A DNA stretch of 64,000 nucleotides from NCBI GenBank assembly GCA_041660565.1, contig JBAZWC010000001.1, positions 70,197-134,196 of the forward strand, read 5' to 3'. Below are positions 17,557 to 28,300 of this stretch, piece by piece. Made by a program: the position numbers and the translations under genes. Each line of letters begins with the position of its first letter. Positions within the stretch are counted from its first letter, which is position 1. A model generated the notes under the pieces. It was not told where the DNA came from. It searched no databases and was given only the letters and a program-made list of their open reading frames with translations. Source of the DNA: Patescibacteria group bacterium. Its GTDB lineage: Bacteria > Patescibacteriota > UBA1384 > CAJBMM01.

Positions 17557-17761
17557 TTTAGACAGGTTGGTCGGTTCGTATGTGCATCATATTTTATGAA
17601 TCATATACGAGCTGGTTACCCTGCCAACTTGGCCCTCCTCGGGCTTATGCCGTTCAGGCGTAAGGGAAAAAGATGCGTATGGCGCATAGCCGCGCATCTG
17701 CTTTGTAGGCCATCTAAGCCGTAAGGCAAAGTTGACCGAACCCCTGGGAGGGGGAATAGAA

Positions 17762-18892
17762 ATGGCAACAATCGCCTTTCGCAAGAAGGGTGAGACGGCT
17801 GAGCTGCCGCTCACGGGAATCGTGGATCCGTCCACGGTGACAGTATGTGACACCGCGCCGAGTGGTGCGCCTGTTGCAAAACGGGACCGACTTCAGTATA
17901 AGTTGGTTCCCGTGCCGGAGGGGACGTTGCGCCTTCGGATCCCAGTCGTACAGATCCGGTCGTCGCAGCTGTACGACGGCTGGATGACAGCCCGGGAATT
18001 TTGGGATAACCACCCAGACTTCCGGGGCGCTATCCTTAATGTGGATAGCGGGTTAAGGGCGTTCAGTGTGATCAACACGCTGTTTGCCCGGTTCGAAGAC
18101 GTTTGGCCCGGGCACCCCGTCCCGGCCGATATTCTTGCCGCGAGGCAGGAGATCGCCGAGGAAAAGCGGCTGGCGGCCGCTGAGGAAGTGGCCCGCCAGG
18201 AAAGTCAAAGGTCGTGGGACGCTATGTTGCAGAAAACCCACGACCTGATTGCCCTGGTGATGGGCGATATACCAGAAATCGTTCGTCATCAGAACGAATA
18301 CTGGAGTTTCTCGGTGAGTTCAATGGAGAGGTCGGTTTCTCTCCATACCCTTATACAGGGTGTGCGCTTCTACTTTGTCGCTAAGCATAATGACGTGCAG
18401 GTGGCGGCAAGGAGGGTGCTTGCCCTCCGCGATGAGTGGCGCACCAGTCCTCCCGGGGGCTTCGTCTTTTCTCCTGATACCCAGACGTACTGGGATTTGA
18501 AGGAGGAGAGCTGGAGTGGGGGGTGGCGGCTGGACGAGTGGTGCCGTGTGGCCAAGTGGCTGCGCGAGCAACACGAGGCCGCCGAGAAGGCGGCAACCGC
18601 GGAAGAAGCGGAGGAGCGCCAGTGGCTCTTCCAGTTACGCGGGATCATGATCCCTCCCCTGTACGGGGAGCAGCTGGTGGCTGTCCCAATGGTGGATAGC
18701 CGCGCTTGTTCGCCCAACGAGGCTAACTGGTGGGGGCTTTACACCCCCGACGGCAAGCCATACCTGATCCGTCGCGGGATCCACGTCCGGTACAGCTCTC
18801 TTGAGGGGCTGATCCGGAACCACTATCGGGACGAGCGGGGGATCATGGAGGAAGCGCTTTTATTGCTTTCTTCATTGATCCACTCGCTGTAG
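17762..18892 (+). CDS. Hypothetical protein, cassette 5
   Basis: 376 aa from ATG 17762 (RBS GGGAGGGGG). Its about 130-nt leader (type B) is about 80% similar to the leader of cassette 1 (14090-14215). Confidence 0.5.
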   Translation: MATIAFRKKGETAELPLTGIVDPSTVTVCDTAPSGAPVAKRDRLQYKLVPVPEGTLRLRIPVVQIRSSQLYDGWMTAREFWDNHPDFRGAILNVDSGLRAFSVINTLFARFEDVWPGHPVPADILAARQEIAEEKRLAAAEEVARQESQRSWDAMLQKTHDLIALVMGDIPEIVRHQNEYWSFSVSSMERSVSLHTLIQGVRFYFVAKHNDVQVAARRVLALRDEWRTSPPGGFVFSPDTQTYWDLKEESWSGGWRLDEWCRVAKWLREQHEAAEKAATAEEAEERQWLFQLRGIMIPPLYGEQLVAVPMVDSRACSPNEANWWGLYTPDGKPYLIRRGIHVRYSSLEGLIRNHYRDERGIMEEALLLLSSLIHSL

Positions 18893-19185
18893 CCCAAAGC
18901 GTTTTGGTAGTTTTTCGCATAATGAAACTAGCCACTGGGGTGGGGAAGAAAATAAATCTTCCTCACCCAACTGTCCCCCGCAAGAAACGGGGCTGATGAG
19001 TCGTTGAAAATTACGACGAAACAGATAAGGAAATTAAATCAGCTTGAGCGTAAAAAACCAAGCATGCTCACCGACGGATTATAGCCGTTTTGGCACCGCA
19101 AGATTATATAATCGTTTTAGCAATAAGACGGTTGTTACTACCGAATCTTGCGGGACCAAAGCGGCTTTTTGAGTACCAAAATTCT

Positions 19186-19400
19186 AAATCCGAAGCACTA
19201 AATCCGAAGCACTAAATTCGAAACAAATTCGAAATTGAAAATTCAAAATCGTAAAACGGGCGGACATCCCCCTTCGCCACCTCCTACGCTACCTCCTACG
19301 CTAAAGCTTCGGAAGGTCAAGAAAGCTACGGAAGGTCAAGAAGGCTACGGAGGACAAGTATGAGTCCGCCCCTACGGTGCTCGTCAGGCTGACCGTAAGG
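19186..19400. repeat. Microsatellite-like (AAATYCGAAGCACTAAAT) plus GGGCGGACATCCCCC..CCTACGCTAAAGCTTCGGAAGGTCAAGAA..GTCCGCCCC module repeat
   Basis: Module near-identical to 60530-60640 and partly to 6499-6560. Confidence 0.6.
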
Positions 19401-19467
19401 TCTGGTGTTGATCAAAATGAACATATCTGTTAAAATAAGTACATTGGTAGCCAGAATATTAATAATT

Positions 19468-19543
19468 GCCGACGTAGCTCAGTTGGTAGAGCAACTGTTT
19501 TGTAAACAGTCGGTCCGCAGTTCAAGTCTGCGCGTCGGCTCCA
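19468..19543 (+). tRNA. tRNA-Thr (anticodon TGT)
   Basis: Acceptor GCCGACG/CGTCGGC, D-arm GCTC-AGTTGGTA-GAGC, anticodon stem ACTGT/ACAGT with loop TTTGTAA, T-arm CGCAG-TTCAAGT-CTGCG, CCA encoded. Confidence 0.8.
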
Positions 19544-19553
19544 AATAATTTGT

Positions 19554-19639
19554 GCCGGGATGGTAGAGTGGTCAATTACATCAGACTGTAAATCTGACGC
19601 CTTACGGCTTCGGAGGTTCAAATCCTTCTCCCGGCACCA
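19554..19639 (+). tRNA. tRNA-Tyr (anticodon GTA), type II with long variable arm
   Basis: Acceptor GCCGGGA/TCCCGGC, anticodon stem-loop TCAGA-CTGTAAA-TCTGA, long variable arm, T-arm GGAGG-TTCAAAT-CCTTC, CCA encoded. Confidence 0.75.
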
Positions 19640-19655
19640 TTTTTTGTTCGCATCT

Positions 19656-19731
<76 letters not shown>

Positions 19732-19744
19732 TTAAAATAGGATT

Positions 19745-20311
19745 GTGATGATTATTGGCATTACCGGATATTTGAGTGCGGGGAAGGGCGAGTCGGCTGA
19801 TTATTTAGCGTCAAAACACGGTTTTTCTAAGCGAGGATACGGTGATACCATCCGCGCCGAGATGACCGAAAATGGCATCGAACTTGGTCGCGACAACGAA
19901 TACGCCTATGCCAATAAGCTGCGCAGCGAACACGGGTTTGGCTACTGGACCAAAAAAATCGCTCAGTCTATTAATCCACAAGACAAGGTTGTAATTGAGG
20001 GGATTCGCAATAAGCTCGAAATCGAGGAGCTTAGTAAGGTCGCAGCGTTCAAATTAATATTTGTGGATGCACCAGTTGAGATGCGATATGAAAGAATGTT
20101 GTCGCGTGTTGGCCGTACCAACGAACCTAAGACCCTGGCGCAGTTTGTTGAGCAAGAAAACCGCGAGCGTCACAATACTGATCCAGCCAAACAGTCGATA
20201 GACGATTGTGTGGCAAAGGCAGATTTCAAAGTGCGAAACAGTGGTGATATTAACCAACTTCATCAACAATTAGACAAAATTGTAGAGGAAATAACAAATG
20301 ACCAAAGATAA
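19745..20311 (+). CDS. P-loop nucleotide kinase, (d)NMP-kinase-like
   Basis: N-terminal GITGYLSAGKGESADYL P-loop resembling phage-type dNMP kinases; overlaps downstream dCMP deaminase by 14 nt. Confidence 0.5.
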   Translation: MMIIGITGYLSAGKGESADYLASKHGFSKRGYGDTIRAEMTENGIELGRDNEYAYANKLRSEHGFGYWTKKIAQSINPQDKVVIEGIRNKLEIEELSKVAAFKLIFVDAPVEMRYERMLSRVGRTNEPKTLAQFVEQENRERHNTDPAKQSIDDCVAKADFKVRNSGDINQLHQQLDKIVEEITNDQR

Positions 20312-20747
20312 TCGTCCAGATTGGGATCATTATTTTATGGAGATTGCCAAAATGGCGGCCACCCGTTCCACTTGTGACCGCAAACATATTGGCGCGGTGA
20401 TTGTTAAGGGCAAGAGCATCCTCTCTACCGGTTACAACGGCAGCGTGGCTGGAACAGATCACTGCGACGATGCAGGGCATTTGATGGAAGATGGTCATTG
20501 TGTGCGTACCATTCACGCCGAAGCTAACGCCATTGTTCAAGCGGCGCGTAACGGAGTAATGCTAGACGGGTCCACTTTGTACACATCTGCTAGCCCATGT
20601 TGGCCGTGTTTCAAACTGATTAGTAACAGTGGGATTAAAAAGGTGGTATTTGGTGAGTTTTATCGCGACGAACGCATTTTCGACGTCGCAAAAAAGATCA
20701 AAATTGAATTAGTAGATTTAAGTAATTCAGGGAAAGGAAAGAAGTAA
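20298..20747 (+). CDS. comEB: dCMP deaminase (cytidine/deoxycytidylate deaminase family)
   Basis: HAEANAI (HAE zinc motif) and SPCWPC (PCxxC) signatures. Confidence 0.8.
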   Translation: MTKDNRPDWDHYFMEIAKMAATRSTCDRKHIGAVIVKGKSILSTGYNGSVAGTDHCDDAGHLMEDGHCVRTIHAEANAIVQAARNGVMLDGSTLYTSASPCWPCFKLISNSGIKKVVFGEFYRDERIFDVAKKIKIELVDLSNSGKGKK

Positions 20748-20911
20748 TGGCCAAGAAAGAAGCAAGAAAAACAGCGGTAATGATTTGTTCAGTGTGTGGT
20801 TTAAGTAACGTTCATAGTGAGCGCAACAGTACCAACACGCCGGAAAAATTGCAGTTGCAAAAATATTGCAAAGTTTGCCGCAAACGCACCTTGCATAAAG
20901 AAAAGAAATAG
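20747..20911 (+). CDS. rpmG: 50S ribosomal protein L33
   Basis: 54-aa MAKKEARKTAVMICSVCGLSNVHSERNSTNTPEKLQLQKYCKVCRKRTLHKEKK; ATG overlaps the upstream stop (TAATG); below the ORF-track cutoff. Confidence 0.8.
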   Translation: MAKKEARKTAVMICSVCGLSNVHSERNSTNTPEKLQLQKYCKVCRKRTLHKEKK

Positions 20912-21118
20912 GTTGTATGATGGGAGGGGGAACATCACGATTTGTTATCGCAAAAGAATTGTAGATCACGCTTTAGCGTGTTAGAGAACCAATTTGAAAG
21001 CAAGCTAAAGCTTGGTCTACGGTCGTTCACGGAAAACAATAGGGGATGTGCTGGGCACGGGCGGGTCTCCAAAACCTGCCTCGAAGCGTCCGATTCGCTT
21101 ATCCCCTGCCAAATAAAT

Positions 21119-21415
21119 TTAGAGATCGAGGACGTTTTCTTGATGAAGAATGTTTTTGCTCCAGTCCCATGTAGAATGGTTATCCCATGAAATCGATACA
21201 CAAACTGACAAAAGAATTAGAATTGCAATAATTACGTTGGCTAGGCCAACTTTTTCTTTGCCCAACCAAGCTCTAAGACCAACAAAAACCAGCAAAAGTG
21301 GCCAAAAATTGTACAAAATTGAGGCATCAACCTTAACGTATCCCAAATTTGTTAATAGCATTAACACACCAATTAAGATTAAGACGAATCCAAATAACGA
21401 AAATTGTCTAGACAC
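21119..21415 (-). CDS. Small hypothetical membrane protein
   Basis: 98 aa, three hydrophobic segments; immediately downstream of the PspC-domain gene. Confidence 0.4.
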   Translation of the reverse strand: MSRQFSLFGFVLILIGVLMLLTNLGYVKVDASILYNFWPLLLVFVGLRAWLGKEKVGLANVIIAILILLSVCVSISWDNHSTWDWSKNILHQENVLDL

Positions 21416-21416
21416 G

Positions 21417-21827
21417 TTACTCCTTTATTTGTGGATTAAATAATATCATTAAACCAATTAGGATGAAGAAAATTGGCCAAAGCAGCCAAATTGCCAGGGC
21501 GAGAAAATTGGCGATTACTAACAGTATGCCAATAAATACCAGCGCCATGCCGATCATTTCGCTGTGTTTTCGCCAGTGAGACAAAGCAGACGAGTTAGAT
21601 GACTTTTGTGGTTGTTCCGGTTCTTTAGCTGCGCTGGCAGATTTTTCCGGTAGAATAACCAGTAAAATAATATATGCTATCACGCCTACGCCGTGTAGCA
21701 ATGCTAAAATAACAAATACTACGCGAATTATTGACACATCGATGTCAAAATAATCTGCCAATCCGGCACATACTCCACCAATCATTCCTTCAGCAGGGAT
21801 CTTGTACAATTGTTTGCTCATATTCAC
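21417..21827 (-). CDS. PspC-domain membrane protein
   Basis: GVCAGLADYFDIDVSIIRVVFVI matches the PspC N-terminal domain. Confidence 0.65.
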   Translation of the reverse strand: MNMSKQLYKIPAEGMIGGVCAGLADYFDIDVSIIRVVFVILALLHGVGVIAYIILLVILPEKSASAAKEPEQPQKSSNSSALSHWRKHSEMIGMALVFIGILLVIANFLALAIWLLWPIFFILIGLMILFNPQIKE

Positions 21828-21879
21828 CTCAAGTCCATGTTAGCATATCAAATTTCAGTTGTTAACCAACATAGCTAGC

Positions 21880-22012
21880 TGTCATTTCGACTCCTCGAGC
21901 ATTGTCTCGAGGGTGGAGAAATCTCAAAAAGAATTTGAAGGGACTTTTTCTTAGATTTCTCCAACGTGGTCGCTCGAGCCGGCTCCCCGGGTCGAAATGA
22001 CACTATGATGAC
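21880..22012. repeat. Complete about 130-bp palindromic element with 12-bp perfect TIRs TGTCATTTCGAC / GTCGAAATGACA and internal GGAGAAATCT..AGATTTCTCC repeat
   Basis: Read directly; near-identical element at 62354-62475; the right TIR abuts the transketolase start. Confidence 0.7.
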
Positions 22013-22014
22013 AT

Positions 22015-23894
22015 CGCACATAAAATCAAATACACTAAAACTAATGACTATTAATCAATACGAACAGCTAGCCAAAAGCTTGCGCTATTGGATTTTGCAG
22101 ATGACCTCTACTGCAGGCTCTGGTCATGTCACATCTTCGCTATCTGCGGTAGAGCTGATGGCCGTTTTGGCATCGCATTATCAATTTGACTTTGACCAGC
22201 CGCAAAATATGCACAATGACCGGTTGATTTTCTCTAAAGGTCACGCCAGTCCTTTATATTACGTGTTGTATGCGTGCATGGGGGCGATTGGCTTTGACGA
22301 GTTGTGGCGTTATCGTCAGCTTGATTCGACGTTGGAAGGGCACCCGACACCGCGATTTAAATACACTGATTTTGCTACCGGATCGTTGGGGATGGGGCTT
22401 GGGTTTGGATCTGGGTTAGCTTTAGGTTTAAGTCGACTTAACTCAACTGGGCGTGTTTTTGTTTTACTCGGCGATGGCGAACTGGCCGAAGGCTCGGTTT
22501 GGGAGAGCGCGGCATTTACCAGCCAGCATCATTTATCAAATCTCACAGCCATTGTGGATGTTAACCGTCTCGGGCAAAGTGCGGCCACGGCATATGGATG
22601 GGATATCAAAACTTATCAGCACAGATTCGAGGCGTTTGGCTGGCACGTAATAACGATCGACGGGCATAATATTAAAGAGATTGATGCTGCTTTCGGTCAG
22701 CTTGACTCACAAAAACCGACGGTTATTTTGGCTAAAACCGTTAAGGGTAAAGGCGTGTCCTACTTAGAAGATGAGCCAAATTGGCACGGCGTAGCATTAT
22801 CTGAGCCAGATCTTGATCAAGCCTTGTGTGAGCTGGGCGTGGTTCAGACTGATTTGACGGTAAAGGTCGCGGCTCCGAAAAAGACTATGTTGTTGCCAGA
22901 TACTACTGTTGCGATCAACGTGGTCGCTTCGGCAAACTCCCTGGGTCGAAATGACAAAGAAGGGGAGGTGCTCTCTCTGCGCCAAGTTTTTGGTCAAACT
23001 TTACAACAAATTTGCAAACAGAATGAAAAAATTATCGTTTTTGATGGCGATGTGGCTAACTCCACTTTCACCGCATTAGTCCGCGATAAACTGCCGGATC
23101 AATTTGTTGAAACTTACATCGCCGAGCAACAGATGATAGATGGCGCCGTCGGTATATCCAAAGCGGGGTTTTATCCGGTTGTCGCCACTTTTGCCGCATT
23201 TCTAACTCGCGCGTTTGATCAAATTCGCATGAGTGCCATATCAAATGCGAATTTACTGATTGTTGGTACTCATACCGGGGTATCGATCGGACAAGACGGA
23301 CCCAGTCAGATGGGGTTGGAAGATGTAGCGATGTTTTCGTCGATTCACCAGTCGACAATCATCTGCCCAGCCGACGCAATATCAACAGCAAAATTATTGC
23401 CAGAATTACTAAATCAAACCGGCATTAAATATTTGCGTCTGTTTCGGCCCGAAGTGCCAGCGCTTTACTCTATGGACGAGAAATTCGAGGTCGGTGGCAG
23501 CAAAATTTTACGAGAAAGCGCGGCCGATGTGGTGGCGATTATCGCCAGCGGGGTCACGGTTCATGAAGCGTTGAAAGCGTACGAAATGCTAAAAAATGAA
23601 AACATTGCGGTTAAAGTGGTAGATGCGTATTCCATTAAACCGATCGATACAGAAACGTTGCATCAAATATCGTCACAGGTAAAATATTTCGTTACGGTGG
23701 AAGACCATCGGTTGCAAGGCGGTTTAGGTGACGCGGTGTTAAACGCGTTTGTTGGCAGTAAATCAATTATCCCGCATATTACCAAATTGGGGATTGATGA
23801 GATTCCGCGTTCGGGCAAGCCTAATCAGCTAATGGACAAATATGGTATTTCCGCCAAAACAATCTATGATACAGTAAAGAAAATACGGAGTTAA
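22015..23894 (+). CDS. tkt: Transketolase (single fused polypeptide; N-terminal TPP domain and C-terminal domains joined by a linker containing a repeat-derived segment)
   Basis: SGHVTSSLS (SGH..S TPP-binding N-terminus), GDGEL motif and C-terminal transketolase-like region. Start placed at ATGATG 22015 because the ORF-track extension to 21966 is encoded by the repeat TIR. In-frame GGGTCGAAATGACA (22932-22945) encodes LGRND. Confidence 0.75.
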
Positions 23895-23896
23895 TA

Positions 23897-25276
23897 ATGG
23901 ATGAAAAACCCAAAGAACCGATGATAGAGCGAATCGCCGAAGCACCGGCAGAGGTTTTGGAAAAAACCGTCGAAATATCATCCAAAGTTGAGCACGCGGT
24001 AGTTGATCATGGCCCAATTAAAACCACGCGCGATTTTTGGCATAAATTAGGTCCGGGACTAACCACTGGTGCGGCCGATGACGATCCTTCCGGTATCACC
24101 ACCTATTCTCAGACCGGAGCTCAGTATGGCTTTGGGTTGCTTTGGTTGGCCGCCTTTACTTTTCCGTTAATGGCGATTGTGCAAGAAATGTGCGCACGTA
24201 TTGGCATGGTAACCGGGCAGGGCTTAGCGGCTAACATTCGGCATCACTTTCCCAAATCGATTATTTATATATGTGCGGTACTATTGTTTGCGGCCAACAC
24301 CTTTAACATCGGCGCAGACTTGGGGGCGATGGCGCAAGCAACTCAATTGTTAGCACCAAAGGCTAGTTTCGGATTATTAGTGGTTGGATTCACGGTTCTT
24401 TGCTTGTTGATGCAGGTATTTTTGAGCTACGCAACTTATGCCAAATATCTAAAATGGATGGCGTTGGTGTTGTTTGCCTATGTTTTCTCGGCGATTGCGG
24501 TGGGATTAAATTGGAACGATGTAATATTGCACACGGTTAAGCCCTCGCTTAATTTTTCTAAAGAGCAAATAATTTTGATTTGTGGTATTTTAGGTACCAC
24601 CATTTCTCCTTATCTATTTTTCTGGCAGACATCGCAAGAAGTGGAAGAGCAAATTTTGACTGGGCATACCTCAATCAAATCACGCCAATCAGAAGTTAAT
24701 GACGCGGAAATCAAAGATATGCGCATCGACATTTGGTCGGGGATGTTTTTGTCGAATATTGCGATGTTTTTCATTATTGCAGCCTGTGCAGCTACCTTAT
24801 TCCAGAACGGCATTAACAATATCGGTTCGGCGGCAGACGCGGCTGAGGCGCTTAGACCAATCGCCGGAAACGGCGCGTTTTGGCTGTTTGCTATCGGCAT
24901 TTTAGGTGTCGGTTTGCTTGGTATTCCGGTGCTGGCGGGTTCGGCATCATACGCGATTTCGGAGAGCATGGGTTGGCGTCAAGGACTGTATCGCAAACTC
25001 ACGTCTGCATATGCATTTTACGGCGTAATGATTATCGCCATGTTACTTGGGTTATCAATGAACTTTATTGGTCTTGATCCAATTAAAGTGCTAATTTATT
25101 CGGCGGTGGCCAACGGATTGGTGGCACCGGTAATTTTAGTGTTAATTGTGCTAATTGGGTCAAACAAAAAGATTATGGGCAGCAGAGTAAATCACCCCGT
25201 TACCACCTTTTTTGGCTGGTTAGTGACCGCGGTAATGGTGGTGGCCGGATTGGCGACCATATACTCATTTTTCTAG
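23897..25276 (+). CDS. mntH: NRAMP-family divalent metal (Mn2+/Fe2+) transporter
   Basis: GPGLTTGAADDDPSGITTYSQTGAQYGFGLLW (NRAMP DPGN-like motif region), about 11 TM helices. Confidence 0.8.
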   Translation: MDEKPKEPMIERIAEAPAEVLEKTVEISSKVEHAVVDHGPIKTTRDFWHKLGPGLTTGAADDDPSGITTYSQTGAQYGFGLLWLAAFTFPLMAIVQEMCARIGMVTGQGLAANIRHHFPKSIIYICAVLLFAANTFNIGADLGAMAQATQLLAPKASFGLLVVGFTVLCLLMQVFLSYATYAKYLKWMALVLFAYVFSAIAVGLNWNDVILHTVKPSLNFSKEQIILICGILGTTISPYLFFWQTSQEVEEQILTGHTSIKSRQSEVNDAEIKDMRIDIWSGMFLSNIAMFFIIAACAATLFQNGINNIGSAADAAEALRPIAGNGAFWLFAIGILGVGLLGIPVLAGSASYAISESMGWRQGLYRKLTSAYAFYGVMIIAMLLGLSMNFIGLDPIKVLIYSAVANGLVAPVILVLIVLIGSNKKIMGSRVNHPVTTFFGWLVTAVMVVAGLATIYSFF

Positions 25277-25379
25277 AAAGCAAATTAGGGGGTTAAGGGA
25301 GATTAGGGGGTAATTGGGTTTCCCCTTGTTATTTTACTCAGAGCACATATAATAGAATAGACAGAGGAGGAGCAACAAT

Positions 25380-28300
25380 ATGCATAAAAAATTGAATCAG
25401 TTAAAGGCTGATCTGAAGTTTTGGCTGTGGAAAACTAAGACACTCAACGCCAAAAGATATGTCTCAATTGTAGTATTGGTAGCAATGCTAGTTGGGGTGA
25501 GTATTTACTCACTAGGTGGTATCATCAAAAAAGTGGCGGCTGCTAACGCTGCCAGTGTTAACTTGCAAACCGGATCGATCACTGTTGACGGCGGTAATTT
25601 TTTGCTCGATAGTAACAAATGTCTTTGGACCACCGATTCCACCAGCACTATCTCTGTGGTTCAAAAAGACGGTTCGAATTTAAATTTACCGTATAATTTT
25701 AAGGGTAAGGTTTGTTTTGATGGTGTAATGAGTACCCCTACCACTCCTCAAGACGTAATTGTTCAAAACGGGGGAGTTCTATCTTTAATGGGGTCACACA
25801 CTTTTAAGACGCTTACAGTAAACTCGGGTGGCACAGTTACTCATCCACCAGCTGACGCGAATGGTAAAGCGGTACCGTACGGTTCGCGTTCGTTTATGTA
25901 CGCCATGCGTTTTACATTTTTTGTTAAAGTTGAGGCCCCAGCCGGTGATCCGACAAATATTAAACGGGTTTATCTAAAAGCACCAGACAGTAACGACTCG
26001 ATCGTTATTGAAGCTGGCGGGGGCGCGTTACCCGGAACATCTAGCGTAGATGATCCGGCCGCATTTAATCTTGGTTTAATCTCGTGGCACGCCAACAATG
26101 GCATAGGCTGTAACTTAATGGACGCATCGTTTAGAGCTAGTTCGTCTTGCGGCGGTACGTTACCTGCGGCAAACTTTAATACTGAAGCAGAGGTTGCGGT
26201 GTCGCGTGGTGGTGATTCGGTGCGCTACGTACCAATTAGAGTAACCACATGGCAATCAACATCAGATCAATTCTATAAGGTTGGATATCGAGAAACACTC
26301 CAAATTGGAGCGGGTGCGGAGACTCAGATTGCCAATAACCCACAATATTTACCGATCAGCTATATTTATGGACCATACGAAGGGCCAAGTAGCGAGTCGG
26401 GTACATTAACCGGTGCGGCGGATCCAGCGGCGCAATACAAATCTCGATTCGAATATGCTCAAGCACCAATCGATCAAGCCGATTATTCAAGCTTGGGATC
26501 GAATGGTTGGGGATTAATTAGTAAAGATCTCTCTACTTTTAGAATCTGGTCGTCGTCTCAAAACCGCTATGTCGATCAAGTTGCCAAACCAACCTATTCA
26601 TTCTTTTCTCGGGTTGATTTAACTAACAACGGTACATTTAAAGATTTTGGTAAATACGATTGTACCGGGCATTGCACTAATGTAAACGATGCGTTTTATT
26701 TTGATTATAACGATCCGAGTAGAACCAGTGCCGGTAATCCGTTTTCAAACTCACAGCGTAAAGATGGTTACGGCTATTTGATTGGGGCAAACCCGGGTGC
26801 TTCAACATATGATCCATTGGAGCCAAATGTAGCCTTATTACAAAACTATAAACTACAGACCCACAGTGATGCTGCGCCGGTTATAAAGCCCAGTGTTACG
26901 TTGCATGTTACCGGGGCCGTTACGTTAAACGGCGGCTTAATTGACACCACTAATAAGGGATTACCTGGTGGGTTTACTTACGGTGGTCCAAACAATAGCG
27001 ACAGCAAGTATGGTTTTGCCGGTGTTGGTGGTAAAGGTAATTCATCACCAGGCTGGTGGTACGCTTATGCAGACTGTGATAATAGTAATATTGGTATTCA
27101 GGGTAGTAACTGGTCGGATGGTAATGGTGGTGGTGGCGGCCCAGCCAATAAATCATGTACCGATGTTATTGGTTTAGCAGGCGGCGGTGGCGGTATGGGC
27201 TACGGTGGATCGGGGAAAACCTATGTTGACAGCAACTCTGACAGCGTCTACAACTTAAATAACACAAGAGGAAGTTATTACTCTCACGGTCAAGGTGGGG
27301 CTGGTTTATATGGTATCGGCGGCGGATTTGCTCAAAATTCAGGCACAGGACAATATCAAGCTGTTGCCAATTATGACTCGATGATTCACGGTTATTCATA
27401 TCGTGAAAGATACACCAGTTCAACTGCCGCACTATTAGGTGGCGGTGGTGGTGGAGGTACCGACGCAGGGGCTCCTACTGGAGTATCTCAGCGGTTTGAC
27501 GATGGATCGTTCCCGGCCGGCTCCGGTGGTGGCGCTATTTTGCTAACAGTTGACGGTGATATGACATTATCGGGTAACAGTACAGTCAGTGCTAGCGGTG
27601 GTAACGGATGGGATGTTTCAAATCCAGGAGGTGGCGCCAATCATTATGCAACTACGTCTGGTGGTGGTGGTGGATCAGTCATCCTAAGTGTGAGTGGTAC
27701 CATCAATCTAGCCAACACCTCTATTATTAAAGCAAACGGTGGTAACACTTCTGGCAGATGTTTTGCATCAAGCGGAAATGAATGTGGAGTCCCCGGAGAA
27801 GGTGGCGGCGGTTTGGTTCGAATTACCGCTTCGGTTTTCTCTGGTGATGGCTGGATTTTTGCCCCAAATAATTACTGTGATGTTAATGGCGCTTATGTCG
27901 GAATCTTAAGTAATTCGGTTCAGGCTGCGGCGGGTAGAGGTACGGCTAGCGGAGGCAGTTTGGTTATGGCAGACGGCAGCGATGCCTACGGCCAGGTCTC
28001 GGAACACGGAATCGTTGACCTAAAGTACGCCGGTAATATACCATTCTGTGGTTCGGGGCTTGGGGCTGGTACCGGCATTCAAATCTCAAAACAGATTGAG
28101 CAATTAAGCAGCGCACCAGCCGAAGGTTCAGCGGCCGTAGCAAGCGCGAATGGTAATAATGTGGTCACGGTTACCAACGGATCAATCCTGCGCGTTACTA
28201 TCACTGTTTCCAATCTATCTACAACCAACCAAACTGTTACAATTTCCGATGTTTTACCGAAATCAACTATGACTCTTGGTACTACATCGCCAGCAGTCAC

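Noticed and set aside
14090-18900. Classical integron (intI plus attC cassettes) as explanation for the cassette array
   Set aside because: No tyrosine recombinase/IntI gene in the window, and the inter-cassette elements lack recognisable RYYYAAC/GTTRRRY core sites. An integron-like description is kept only as an analogy.
20935-21201. ORFs 20942..21190 (+) and 20935..21201 (-), and a possible structured RNA in the GC-rich hairpin at 21040-21110
   Set aside because: The region is intergenic repeat sequence (CACGCTTTAGCGTG module plus GC-rich palindrome); no match to tmRNA, SRP or RNase P signatures could be seen by eye.
26941-27432. Short ORFs on both strands inside the 1246-aa gene
   Set aside because: Embedded in the Gly-rich repeat region (GGN-rich codons give open alternate frames); no independent support.
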